A stretch of 64,000 bases of DNA from Tubulanus polymorphus. Its lineage: Eukaryota; Animalia; Nemertea. Under the pieces are notes generated by a model. It was not told the DNA's origin. It did not search any database and worked only from the letters and a program-made list of their open reading frames with translations. This document shows, in pieces, positions 1 to 12,500 of this stretch (the first letter of the stretch is position 1; each line of letters opens with the position of its first letter). The DNA is taken from positions 28,996,299 to 29,060,298 of the forward strand of contig NC_134025.1 in assembly GCF_964204645.1 (NCBI RefSeq), written 5' to 3'. A program made the position numbers and the translations under genes.

Positions 1-546
1 ATATCTTGGATTTTTTTGAATTTTACTAAGAATATACGTATGCTATATAGGCCCTAGATATTGTTTTCGTTGAAAACGACCGGCACAAGAATAAATCATG
101 ATAAATCTGTTGTGAGTCAAGTGTTCTGATAATATTATCTAAAATAACCATTCGGCACACGCGATGTTATTTGCTTTTTGTTTCATTGAATAAACGTTCT
201 CAAGTGAACGTGAACGAATTTTATACCTTGGTTCAGTAGCAGGTGCTCGGATCATAAAATAAATATCGCCGCACTTGTTTGATAAAGGTCACGTTGTACG
301 GTACACAATCCCACAATGAAAAGTAAACACCTATTTTGGTAAGAGGATTATTTAGTACCATACTTGAAAAATCTCAAACCCGGTGTTTATTTTAACTCAA
401 TGTGGGATTTTTAGGCCCAGTCCACTTTAGGATAAAAATCAACTACTTCACGCTTGATGTTATGATAAACGAGTTTGAATCATCCTTATCCACAGGTCTA
501 TACCTGGATATGTAAATATCGTATACATATATTTGTTATTGTTCAG

Positions 547-3500
547 CCTCAAACCGTGTTGCAGTCCTAGAAGCAGATATCAGGCGACTTTACGAAGATG
601 TACTCAACTTGAAATCCGAGGTGAAATGAGATTCATATGAAACATTCAAAACCCCCTTTACAGCAGAACTAACTCAGTCCATATCCATGTCATTGTAGAA
701 TCGACAGTTGCATCTACGATTGTATAATCTTGAACAATGCGCGTGCAAAAACGTTACTTCATCAGTTTTACCGAAATCATGCAAGTTTCGATTGAAAGAA
801 ATTAAACACGGTGATGAACTTTTGGACGGGTGTACTAGATGCATCTGCCAGGTAAGAAATGATGGTATATTCTACCATTTTGTTTGGGGGATAAATGTGA
901 CCTGCATTCAAAAGCGGAACGGTATGTATTTTGTAGAACGGTCGAATGCGTTGCGAAAAAGATCGAAATCCCAACTCGAATTGCCATGATGTAGGAGCAT
1001 GTATACACCAAGGACGTCAGCACGATAATGGCAGTATTGTCGAGACAAGTGATTCATGCTCGACCTGTAAATGCATCTCCAGTGAAATCATCTGCCAGAA
1101 TGTACCCTGCCCTCAACTTCACTGTTCCAATCCAAAATACATTCGGGGAAAATGTTGTCCGGTGTGCGAAGGTATTTAGAACACCGAAATTCACTCAATC
1201 AGAAGTTACATATCCCACTAATAACAGAATTTATCTATCATATTAGCACCAGAATTATATTGTACTCGTGACGGAAAAGTATATGCGAATCGAGAGAGTT
1301 TCTTTCCGACTAAATGTAATAAGTGCACTTGCCTACACGGAAGAGTCAGTTGCAACGCCGTGCTGTGCCCAGCCCTTACGTGTTTGCATCCATTAGAAAT
1401 AATTAATCAGTGCTGCCCATCCTGTGCAGGTAAATCCCACCGCATTATACTGACATTTATCCATCAAGAAAAAAGAGCTGCATAGTTCGCACGATTCTTT
1501 GTCATTATCACCAGGTTGTACTAAGGATGGACAGGACTATAAGAATGGTGAAACATGGAGATCGGTTTGTAATGAATGCATTTGTAGAAATGGCACTGTA
1601 ACGTGTAGAGGTCAGCAATGTCCACAAGTTTACTGTACTCATCCAGTTACTCCAGCTGGTGAATGCTGTCCCGTGTGTGACAAAGGTATGAAATAGTACT
1701 TTCTTTATAAATAGAAGTGTATAAAACCGCGTACTGAAATATTCATGTAGTATATATTTTGTTGTTGTTGTTGTTGTTGTATAGATTGTAATTATCTGGG
1801 ACAGAGATGGAGGCACGGTGACCAGGTTCCCAATAAAGGCTGTCAGACGTGTAAATGTTTAGAAAGTAGTATAACATGTAGAGATATCTCCTGTGAAATA
1901 CCGAACTGTAAGGATCCAGTACAGTTACCTGGTAAATGCTGTCCAAGTTGTCACGATGGTAGGTCTCGTTGACATATATCGTTATTCTGTGATTTATAGA
2001 TTTTCACTCTTCACTGTTATCATAATGGCATTACAGGATGTTTTTATGGACAGATCCGTAGGAATGGTGAAGTATTCAAGCCGGATAAGTGTACGGTTTG
2101 TCGTTGCGTAGACGGCACGGTTTCTTGCGACGGGGTGACGTGTACAACAAACTGTTATGATCCAGTAACTACAAATGACGAGTGTTGTCCAGTATGTCCT
2201 CGGAGTAAGCAGGAACGTTTCCAGTATTTCATGTCAGTATCATACCGAGGCCGTTTTTATACAAATCGTTCTCTTTCAGATTTGGAGTGTAATAACAGGG
2301 GACGTATATATCAAGATGGAGAAGAATTTGAGTCGGTCGCTTGTGAACGATGTGTATGCCAAAAAGGTCGCATTGAGTGTAACGCTTTAGTTTGTCCTGA
2401 AGTTACGTGTTCTAGACCTGTGCAACCACTCGGAAAATGTTGTCCATCATGTGACGGTACATTTAACTAATATTGCATTGAAGGATTTATTCAAATGTCT
2501 TATCGAGAATTCGTTTCAACTCATACAATCTTTTTAGTTTGTGATTATGATGGACAGACGTTTCTTACTGGTGAATGGTTCGTTCCGAGTTATAATCCTT
2601 GTATGAACTGCAGCTGCATCGGGAATCTAGTGAAATGCACCACGATTAGATGCGGTCCTTTACCCGATGATCTGCCTTGTTCACGACCGAGTAGACGTCT
2701 AGGAGAGTGCTGTCCTTCTGTTTGTTACAGTAAGCGAAACGTTGGAAGGGCATCAGTAAAATGAGATATGTATTATGGTAATCTAGATGTCATTTGATTA
2801 TGATTAAAGGCTGTAAAGATGGTGAAGTTGAACGGGATGATGGGACACAATGGCCGAGTAGAGTCGACCCATGTAAGACGTGTACGTGTGATAAAGGACG
2901 TATCAACTGCCAAACAAATCGATGTCCATCATTCTGTAGACACGGGATCAAACGTCCTGGCAGTTGTTGTAGAGACTGTTCAGGTAAGTCATGGGAAAAA
3001 TGGATGGTCGATGACAAAAGTCTTCTTAACTATTCAACTAAACCTACTGGAAATATAATCTATTCTATTCATATCTTAGACTGTATGTATGAAGGAAAGG
3101 TTTACGGGAATTATCAGACATTTAACAAAACTGAAAGTGATGGCCAATGCTCCAAATGTTCGTGTATTCAGGGCAATATTCAGTGTCGAGATACAACATG
3201 CCCGATATTGAATTGTGTACTTCAGGATACTCCACCAGAGAGCTGTTGTCCAGTGTGTTCAGGTAATACTTTAAATTCCATCAGCATTTGTGAGAATGAC
3301 AAAACTACTGCTAATATTTTTCTTTGAAAATCTTCAGAATGTTACGTAGAGGGACTGACGTATAAAGACGGGGAACTAATTCCAGATGGAAACCCGTGTA
3401 CGAGTTGCAAATGTGCAAAATACGGTTGGTTCCATTGAAATGAATGAACCTTTAAGTAAGAGTTTGCCTTCATGCGTCATGTTTAACCTTTGTTTTTTTT

Positions 3501-6500
3501 AATCTAAGGTGTGGTATCCTGCATTGAGGAGAAATGTCCACCATTAACTTGCAGCCATCCAGTATCTGAGCGGAATACGTGTTGCCCATCGTGTTCGAGG
3601 TGTTTTTACGACGAAAAAATTTTCGAAAATGGAAAAGAGTTCATAGATCAGCGTGATCATTGTTTAAAATGCATTTGCAAGGTTATTATCATTTGATAGG
3701 AGCCCCACGAACCTAAGAATTATTGTTAAAGAATCCTTTGTTCCTATTCCAGGATGGTAGCGTAGATTGCGTAAGCGTAGATACTGAATGTCAGCCATCT
3801 TGTTCGCATCCTTCTCGCATTTCTGAGCAATGTTGTCCCGTTTGTAATAGCTGTGACTATCGTGGCCTTGCCTATCTGAATGGTCAGGAATTCAGGCCTG
3901 ACCCTTCAGACTTATGTAGGGTATGCGTTTGCGAGGTGGGTAAAGTTTAAGAGACAATATTTCTAGATTCAACTGAATTGAACCACGTATATTCTCTTTG
4001 AATGTAATCACGAAGGTTGGAAGCGTGCGGTGCAGTCGTGAAGAATGTCCTGAAACTTGTAGCCATCCGATCAAGAAAGAGGGAGCATGTTGCCCCGTGT
4101 GCAATGGTTGTGACTATTTGGGTTCAATTTATTCGCACGATCAGACATTCAACCCTCCCCATGATGATCTATGTACAACGTGTACTTGTAAAGTATGAAA
4201 CATATTATGATGACTTATATGATGACAATACCATGAAGATAGTACGTCAAGTATTCAGATAAAGATGTATGAGCTATTGTTTACTAATTTTGCAGAGAGG
4301 TAGTGTTTCTTGTAAAACAGAACAATGTATAACGCGATGCAGCCATCCGCTTAGAATGCGAGATCAATGTTGTCCTGTTTGTGATGGGTGCGAATTCGAG
4401 AGGAGCTTCTACCTAAACGGCCAAAGATTCCGCCCTGATCCATGTAGAAAATGTGCATGCGAGGTAAGAACGTCAAAACGTGTGTCTTATTCATTGCTAG
4501 AAGCGCAGATATTACTTGTGTTTAAAACATTTGGTTTAGAATGGGGATGTAAAATGTGAAACAGAAATCTGTATAAGTGATTGTGCAAACCCTGTGCAGA
4601 TTGAAGATCAGTGTTGCCCTGTTTGTGAGGACTGTCAGTATAAGGGAAGCAGGTATCTGAATAATGATGTTTTCCGCCCTAAGAACGACCCGTGTTATGT
4701 ATGCAACTGTCTGGTACGTATCGACTTGAATTATCCGTAATCATTTCGATTAAAATAAGATGAAATGAAATGAGATGCCTTCATTTAGAATGGTGACGTG
4801 ACATGTACAAGTGAATCGTGTCCACCTAGTAGATGTTCCCACCCGGTCCAGCATTTCGATGGTTGTTGTTCCGTATGCGACGGATGTTTTTATGATTCTC
4901 AGCAATATCTAAACGGTCAAGTATTCCGGCCTAATACAGATGATCTTTGCAATAAATGCTTGTGTCAGGTAAAGAAATGCAGCAGCATACGTCTACGTCG
5001 AGATATTCGTGTGATTGGTAGGTCTATATGTTCTGTGCTGTTTTTAGGATGGTAATGTATTCTGCGAGAAGGAAACATGTGATACGAAGTGCACCCACCC
5101 GGTAGACAGACCATGTTGCCCAGAATGTGATGGGTGTAAATTCGATGGCAATGACTACACTACAGGAGAAAGTTTTAACCCTTTTACTAACGACCCGTGT
5201 GCTCTGTGCACCTGTCAAGTAAGCAATTCTTGGAATAATCGAATAGATCAAAATAAAGATGATATAAGTTCCGACACCTAATTATTAGATCAGTTTTTTA
5301 AAATGCAGTGTATGAAACGTTAGGTATGGTTGTGGTCGTAAGAAATCCATGGTTGAAGTCTTTAAGAAAGCCACATGGCGACAGAAACTATAGAACGTGT
5401 TAAGACATTTCTACAGCTCAGTCAAATCAAAATGTCAAGATTGTCAAAGTTGTCAGAGAGAAATGGCGACCAATGTGGATCCTGAAATATGATTAACCTT
5501 ACTTTCACCTAGTGAATCGATTGATTGATTTCCTCTGAAGCGAGTTGGTCTCACAGGGCTAGAGGTTATTTACCTCTGCTTTGAACTGCTAGTCTCTTAT
5601 TCACTCATATACTTTTTAGAAAGGTAACGTAACCTGTAAACAAGAAGAATGTCGAACGCCCTGCGCGTACCCGATACCACCTCCCAGCGGGGCTTGTTGC
5701 CCTATATGCGCTGGTTGTTTGTACGACGATCGAATTTACATGAACGATGAAATATTCAAACCGAATCCGTCTGATCCATGTATGCAGTGTCGATGCCGAG
5801 TAAGTCAATAATACTTTACGGGTTCATTAGCGAAATCGCTGTTGCGAAATTGAGAAATTGTTGATTTGCGATATGTTTTGTTTAGAGGGGTGATGTGACG
5901 TGTGATTCAGTGCAATGCCGCGCAGAATGCTCGCATCCCGTCGACAAACGAATCGATGAATGTTGTTTGACTTGCGACGACTGTAAATACGAAGGTGCCA
6001 TCTATGAGAATGAACAGAATTTTCTACCAAACGCCGACAAGCCATGCTTTCAGTGTAAATGCGAGGTAAATAGACACGGCTTATGTTTCTACTACTGAAT
6101 GCGTTAATCAATGGTTCTGTCTTTTTATCGTACCCGCAAACAGTGGAAAACAATCCATCAACCGAAGCTAATTTTCTGTCAGACTCTATTTGCTTACATT
6201 GACCAATTGACCGCATATGTTCTGAATCCCGCCACATTGACACTTCCACATATAAATCAGAAGATAGCATCGTTCTTCGCATGTTGCTAAAGGCCATCAA
6301 AAATTCATATATCAGTGGAAGCTTATATGCCAAGACGCTAATGGATATTGGTAAAAAAAAGTCACTCAGCGGTAAAAAACAACTTTAATGTTTTCCGGCG
6401 CGATGTAAAAGATTCCTCTAAATGCTGTTTGTCCTTGTACGAACTGATGACTTGTTAAGAATAGGTTTTTTCCTTTCAATTTCAGAATGGTAGCGTGTTG

Positions 6501-9500
6501 TGTTCTAATGTTCTTTGCGATATCGAATGTAATAGCCCAGTAAATGTAGACGGGGAATGTTGCCCTCAATGTAAAGATTGCCTTCATATGGGAACGAGAT
6601 ATTCCAATTTACAGACATTCTACCCCGAATCAGGAAATCCGTGCTACGAGTGCTCTTGTAAGGTAATAATAATCCCGTAACTCAGTCAGGTATGAAAACG
6701 GAAGTGACGTTGTGAGCGTGTCTATCTACCACGAAAACTCGTCGTAGAATAGTAAAGAAAATCACCTTCGATCGTAAATGAGTCACACTTTCAATTTTCG
6801 CAATCGTGTTCTGAAAACCTTGTATACTGTAGTTTGGTAACGTCGAGTGTCACCAGAAGGCATGCACTGAACAGTGTAGTCATCCAGGTGACCATGATGA
6901 ATGTTGTCCGGTTTGTGATCGATGTAATTACGAAGGGAAAATCCTGATAGATGGACAGAAATTCCGGCCAAATCCAAACGATTCCTGTTACGAGTGTGTC
7001 TGTCAGGTAATAGCGAGTTTTAACGAGTAAATTCACCCAAATTCTTACAACTTTACGTATCGGGGATCGTTTTCAGTTCGCATACGTACTTTCCCGAAAT
7101 AACCGAAGGACCTTATACTCTCAATTATAGAAAGGAAGTGCTATCTGTCAGAAAACTGTCTGTAATCAGCAATGTAGCCATCCAATTATACCAAAGGACA
7201 GGTGCTGTCCAGAATGTGACGCATGCCAGATTGGTTCTCGTGTCTTCCTAAACGGGGAGAGATTTGATGATGAGAGATCATTGTGTAAAACATGTCAGTG
7301 TCAGGTAATTGCATCTATTCACCTAGTACCTACCATAAAAGGCCCTTTCGAAAATAACCCTTCTTCGGGGTAAGAAGTTCATACCCGGAGTATTTAGCAA
7401 CCACGATGTCAACGGTTGCTTCTCTTATTAACAAGTCCCTCGATCAGTACACGACTTTCCAATTACTGAACTGGATCTAAGATCAATGGTTACTACAAAG
7501 TGCGCATACAACGTGAAGAAACGTGAATTTTTACGTCGCAGAGATTTCGTTGACACGAAGTTTGTTTAATCTGGGAAGAATTTCTATCTGTTGCGTGCTT
7601 CTTAAGCACACTGTTCATTTCTATTGAAAGCGGGGATTTTTTTGCGCCGTAAGCTGAAAATTCTGTTTCGTTTGTAGTCAGTTTTTTGCAATTGCAACAT
7701 CGCTCGAAAAATCCAATACATTTTGTACTCGTTAACATAACACATGTCATAATCAAATTACATCGTTATGATACTATTGAAAAACATGAAAAAATAATGA
7801 CTGAATATTAAAACAAAATGTATTAATACTATATTTAATATGCATTGAATTAGTCTGGTAACGTGCTGTGTGGACCGATCGAATGTAAGACCGACTGTAA
7901 CAATCCAGTTTTGATACCCGGAGAATGTTGCCCTGTATGTGACAGCTGTCAGTATGGGGACAAATACTTTCGTAACGGAGAAACAATTATTCCAGATCGA
8001 CGCGAACCGTGCAATATCTGTAAATGTCAGGTGAGATCTTTGTCCGAATTTATTGAAAATTGCTGGACGAAACGTGACTGAAAATTTAAGATATGAAATC
8101 CGGAAATAGCTTAGTCGTTGATGATTTGATTACTACGTCTAGGCCGGGATATCTTAATCATGTTAGATTACGAGCAATAAGTGAATACAAATCTCTTATT
8201 AAGTCGCTGCACCCAAAATATCTATGTTGTTGTTGTTGTTTTTAGAGAGCGATGACGTCATAATTCGCTTGTCATGTTGATATAATTGTGTATATGTCAT
8301 GTTAATTGATTCAGGACGGGACACTTTCTTGCGAAATGGAAATATGCGTCGTATCCTGTACTCATCCCGTAAGCAGTAGAGGCAAATGTTGTCCGACTTG
8401 TGAGTCGTGTCAATTCGTCGATGGTAAAGTATACCCAAACGGTGGCCAATTTACTCCGATCGATGACAAATGTGACATATGTCTGTGCAGAGTAAGTGTA
8501 ATCGTGGGAAATACTATGAAAACGCCGCCGCAAATGCGTGTACAATAATTCCTTTTCGCATTACAGAACGGAAATGTCTCGTGTGCGAAGAAAGTTTGCG
8601 AGATGAACTGCACGAATCCGCTTCCAGATCGGGGGCAATGTTGTCCGAATTGTAGCGGATGTTTTTATGGCGAACGTGTTTACGGAAATGATGATATAAT
8701 TCCCTCGGCGCCCGACGAATGTCGAATCTGTCGCTGCCAGGTAATGTTTGCTCAAGAAAATTAGGTATATCGTCATTTCGGTATACGTGGTTGCCCTTTA
8801 TTTACGACCTAACTATAACAGTTCTCGAAAACTTTCGCCTAATGCAGTAAATGATGTATGGTTTTAGGGGGGAAACATCATTTGCGAGAAACCTGAATGT
8901 AAAAACGAATGCAGTCATCCAATTCCTGGTAAATGTTGTCCGTCGTGCGAGAAATGTCAACTAAACGATGTTATATATGAAAACGGTGAAAGGTTTCAGC
9001 GACCTGAAGATAAATGTCATATGTGTGAATGCACCGTAAGCTCATGTTGAATTCATCAATTCAAGATTCAAAATTTCATCTGCTATTGTTTCAAAGAAAA
9101 CCACACCTATAATATCTGACTGATTGCATATAGCATTATATTTCACTTGAAACAATCAACATTTCAGGGTGGAACGATTAAATGTTGGCAGGAAATGTGT
9201 ACGCAGACGTGCAGCCATCCGGTGTTTGATGAAAACAAATGTTGTCCTGTTTGCGACTCTTGTCAGTTTAACGATGGTCAGCTCATTGAAAACTCAGTTG
9301 AGATGCGTCCGGATCCGGATAACGATCCGTGTCGTGTATGCAAATGTAAGGTACGCGACGTAAAATAGTTGAAATAAGCATGATTAGATTATCTTCCCGC
9401 CCACACGCACTACACTACAAGCAACGAGATTATAAATATTTCCATCCTTAATTGGATCTGTCATTTCGCTAAAATCCTTGTCTTTGCAAACGCTACGCGA

Positions 9501-12500
9501 GTGATTAGTGTGGTAATTAATTTATAAAGCTGAACTGGAATACAAATTTACGCTGGTGATGGAGCCGCCGTATTAGATTTCGGTCACACTCACAAGTCGC
9601 AAGGGGATCCAGCGTAGCTCTAACCCATGCAGCTATCACCACTGTGTAGAGTAATGAGATAATTTTGAATATTTACAATTATATGACATAAAACATCATG
9701 GACATTTTCACGCATATTCTAAGTCTGTCGAACTTAACAATCCTCGCTCCACAGTTCTTAAAAAAGATTTTTTTGGTTAAATCTAACACTGTAGTTCAAA
9801 TATTGGAAATAAATAAATTCTCTGCTGATTTATTTGCTAGGATGGTAATTTAGCCTGTGAATATGAAGATTGTCCTAGCATGTGTTCAGACCCTGTTCCT
9901 AAAAATAGTACATGTTGTCCCGATTGTTCGAAGTGCTTATATAATGGAATAATACGTAGCAATGGAGAGACTTTCCGATCGAAAAATGATTCATGTTATT
10001 CGTGTATTTGCCAGGTAAGGAATAAGCTCATATCGATTTCCCTAATCTTGTTGAAAGCCATAAATTCTGTCAGCTTTTTAATTCTTTTTTGTATTCAAGG
10101 ATGGTTCGGTGACTTGTACCGAGGAAACGTGTGTTGTAAGTTGTCAGCATCCAGTAACTATACCGGGTCTATGTTGTCCAGTTTGTGATCGGTGTGACTA
10201 TCATGGCGAAATCTTAGCGAATGGTCAGCATATAATACCGGATTTAGGCAAACCATGCTCTGTATGTCAATGTCTGGTAAGGATAGCTCGGGAAAATAAC
10301 TGAATGAAACGGCTGATATCAGAACTGCTTCTATTTCTCATCTAAGCCATTATTCATTCGATGTTTTTTATTGTAATGATTTAGGGCGGATCTGTTCTAT
10401 GTTTGGAGAGGAAGTGCTCTGAAAATTGTTCGCATCCTGTTCACACCGATGGTCAATGTTGTCCAGAATGTAAACGATGCTCTTATAGAGGACTGGAATT
10501 TGAAGACGGGGAAGAACGAGTATTTGATGACGTCTGTAAACCATGCAAGTGTCAGGTATATTATATTGCTTACAGAATCCTCCACACGTTTTTTCATAAT
10601 TGTTCATTTTGTGAATATTGATTTCCCTTTAATCAGACACACACTCGTCCTAAGGCCCATTTTAATCAGATTCCGATACGCAAGAACTTACTACGAGTGC
10701 TTCGTCAATAACAGAATTTGACGAGAATGATATTATGATTTCCGTCTAATATCGGCGCTGTATCAGTCTCGGTGTATCGTGCTTATGATCATTAATGAAT
10801 GCATTTAAAGCGGCTAATTGTCGACTATGATTCAGCGTTTCGTAACGTTAATATTTGCCGTGTTTGAAATGAATCGATAACGGAGTTCAAATCGTTAATC
10901 TCGCCTGTCGGGTATGATTGACTTATTCGATCATTTATGTCACCGATATTTGTAGAGCTAACTCGGTATGAATAGTCAAATTATAACCAATCTCTGGATT
11001 CGCAGAAAATTGGGAACAAAATCGAATTAGATTTTTATGGACCGCAGAAATGATTCTGATATGATATAACCTTGGCTGATGCTCACAAGTGACGCAACCT
11101 GTCGGTGACCAGATAATGACAATTTGGCTAGAGGGGTTTCTCTTGCTCATGCTATAGCGTCAATTAGCCTTCAGAGATATGGCTTCTACCGCATTTGATC
11201 CACATCTAACAGCGGCGTGTAATCGTCAACCGAATAAACCTATACTGGCAATCAGCCTCTTTGGGTAATAAGCACTTCATAAATCACCTTCCGCGATCAT
11301 ATCTGATGTCGATTTTACGGACGTCCATTTTACCTCTCAGTCTTAAAACGTGCGATACTTTGCGTGATCCAATTATCCGCCTACCTGCGTTATTTATTCG
11401 CTTATCATAAACCTATTCGAATTTTCAAAATATGCCCATACCGGATTCATAATCCCTAATGAATTATAAATCAAGACGGAAACTAAGGTAATTATAAGTC
11501 TTTTTTATTCTCGTTACAGGATTAGATTTTCTATTTTTTCCCTCTCTCATTATAGAAGTCTTTTTTCCTGTTAATGTACGAAATGACAATTCACATTTCC
11601 TCTCCACGTTGTTCAGATTGTTCGTCGAAAATGTGTATTTCAAAAATTCATGACATTTTGCTTTTTTGATGTCGCATAAACGTAACACAAAAAAGATTTG
11701 ATGCATTGCTAATTTTCCATTTGTGATATTCAAGGCGCAGTAGTCGATGTGCACTACGTCACGAATATTTGCATTTCAAAATAACAATCGCAATCATGAA
11801 TATCGGTGTTTGTTTTTTTAACCAATTAGATTTTAATAAAAATTCCGGCAATGTGCGAGTGGATGTGTACTACGTCATCGATATTGAGACTCAACAGTCG
11901 CGGTTGAGTTAAGGTATCATATTCGGTTGATTTTTTTTCTGTTATCTTATCATTTACTATCATCGAGTTCTTAATTGTCGACAATACTAAGCCACGTATA
12001 TATGAGTTATTTTTTTAAGGCGTCAATAAACTTTCAAGCCGTTTTTCTTGTTTTCTTATAGTCTGGCTCTGTAGTCTGTAATACAATACAGTGTCCACAG
12101 CTGAACTGTGAACGAAGTGTTTTGATGAAGGGAAAATGTTGTAGAGAATGTCTGAATGTGTGTATAAGTGACGGGAAACAATACGACGATGGGGAAATGT
12201 GGATTTCACCGCTGTCTAACTGTCTGATTTGTACTTGTTTAGTAAGTGTACATAGTTGATGGCGGGGTTGTTCCGATATCAATTAATGTTTGAATTATTA
12301 CTATAGCCATACAATAAGTCTACTCGAAACCCGTTCAGTCTGCGCGGTTGAGAGTATCACGTAAAAATGCAAAACGAAAGAAATTCACGAATCTATATTC
12401 GGATAGAAGACTTTACTTCCTTGTGTCTGAGCAACGGATGTCAAAACTAACTGTTATTCGTAAACAAAGTATCAATTTACTAAATCTATCAAAATTGCAA

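Noticed and set aside
5827-6333. 168-aa minus-strand ORF and other antisense ORFs within the KCP-like gene
   Set aside because: Shadow frames of Cys-rich exons plus intron sequence; no recognisable domain.
9545-9645. tRNA/SINE-like stretch in a KCP intron
   Set aside because: A-box-like sequence only; no B-box or cloverleaf.
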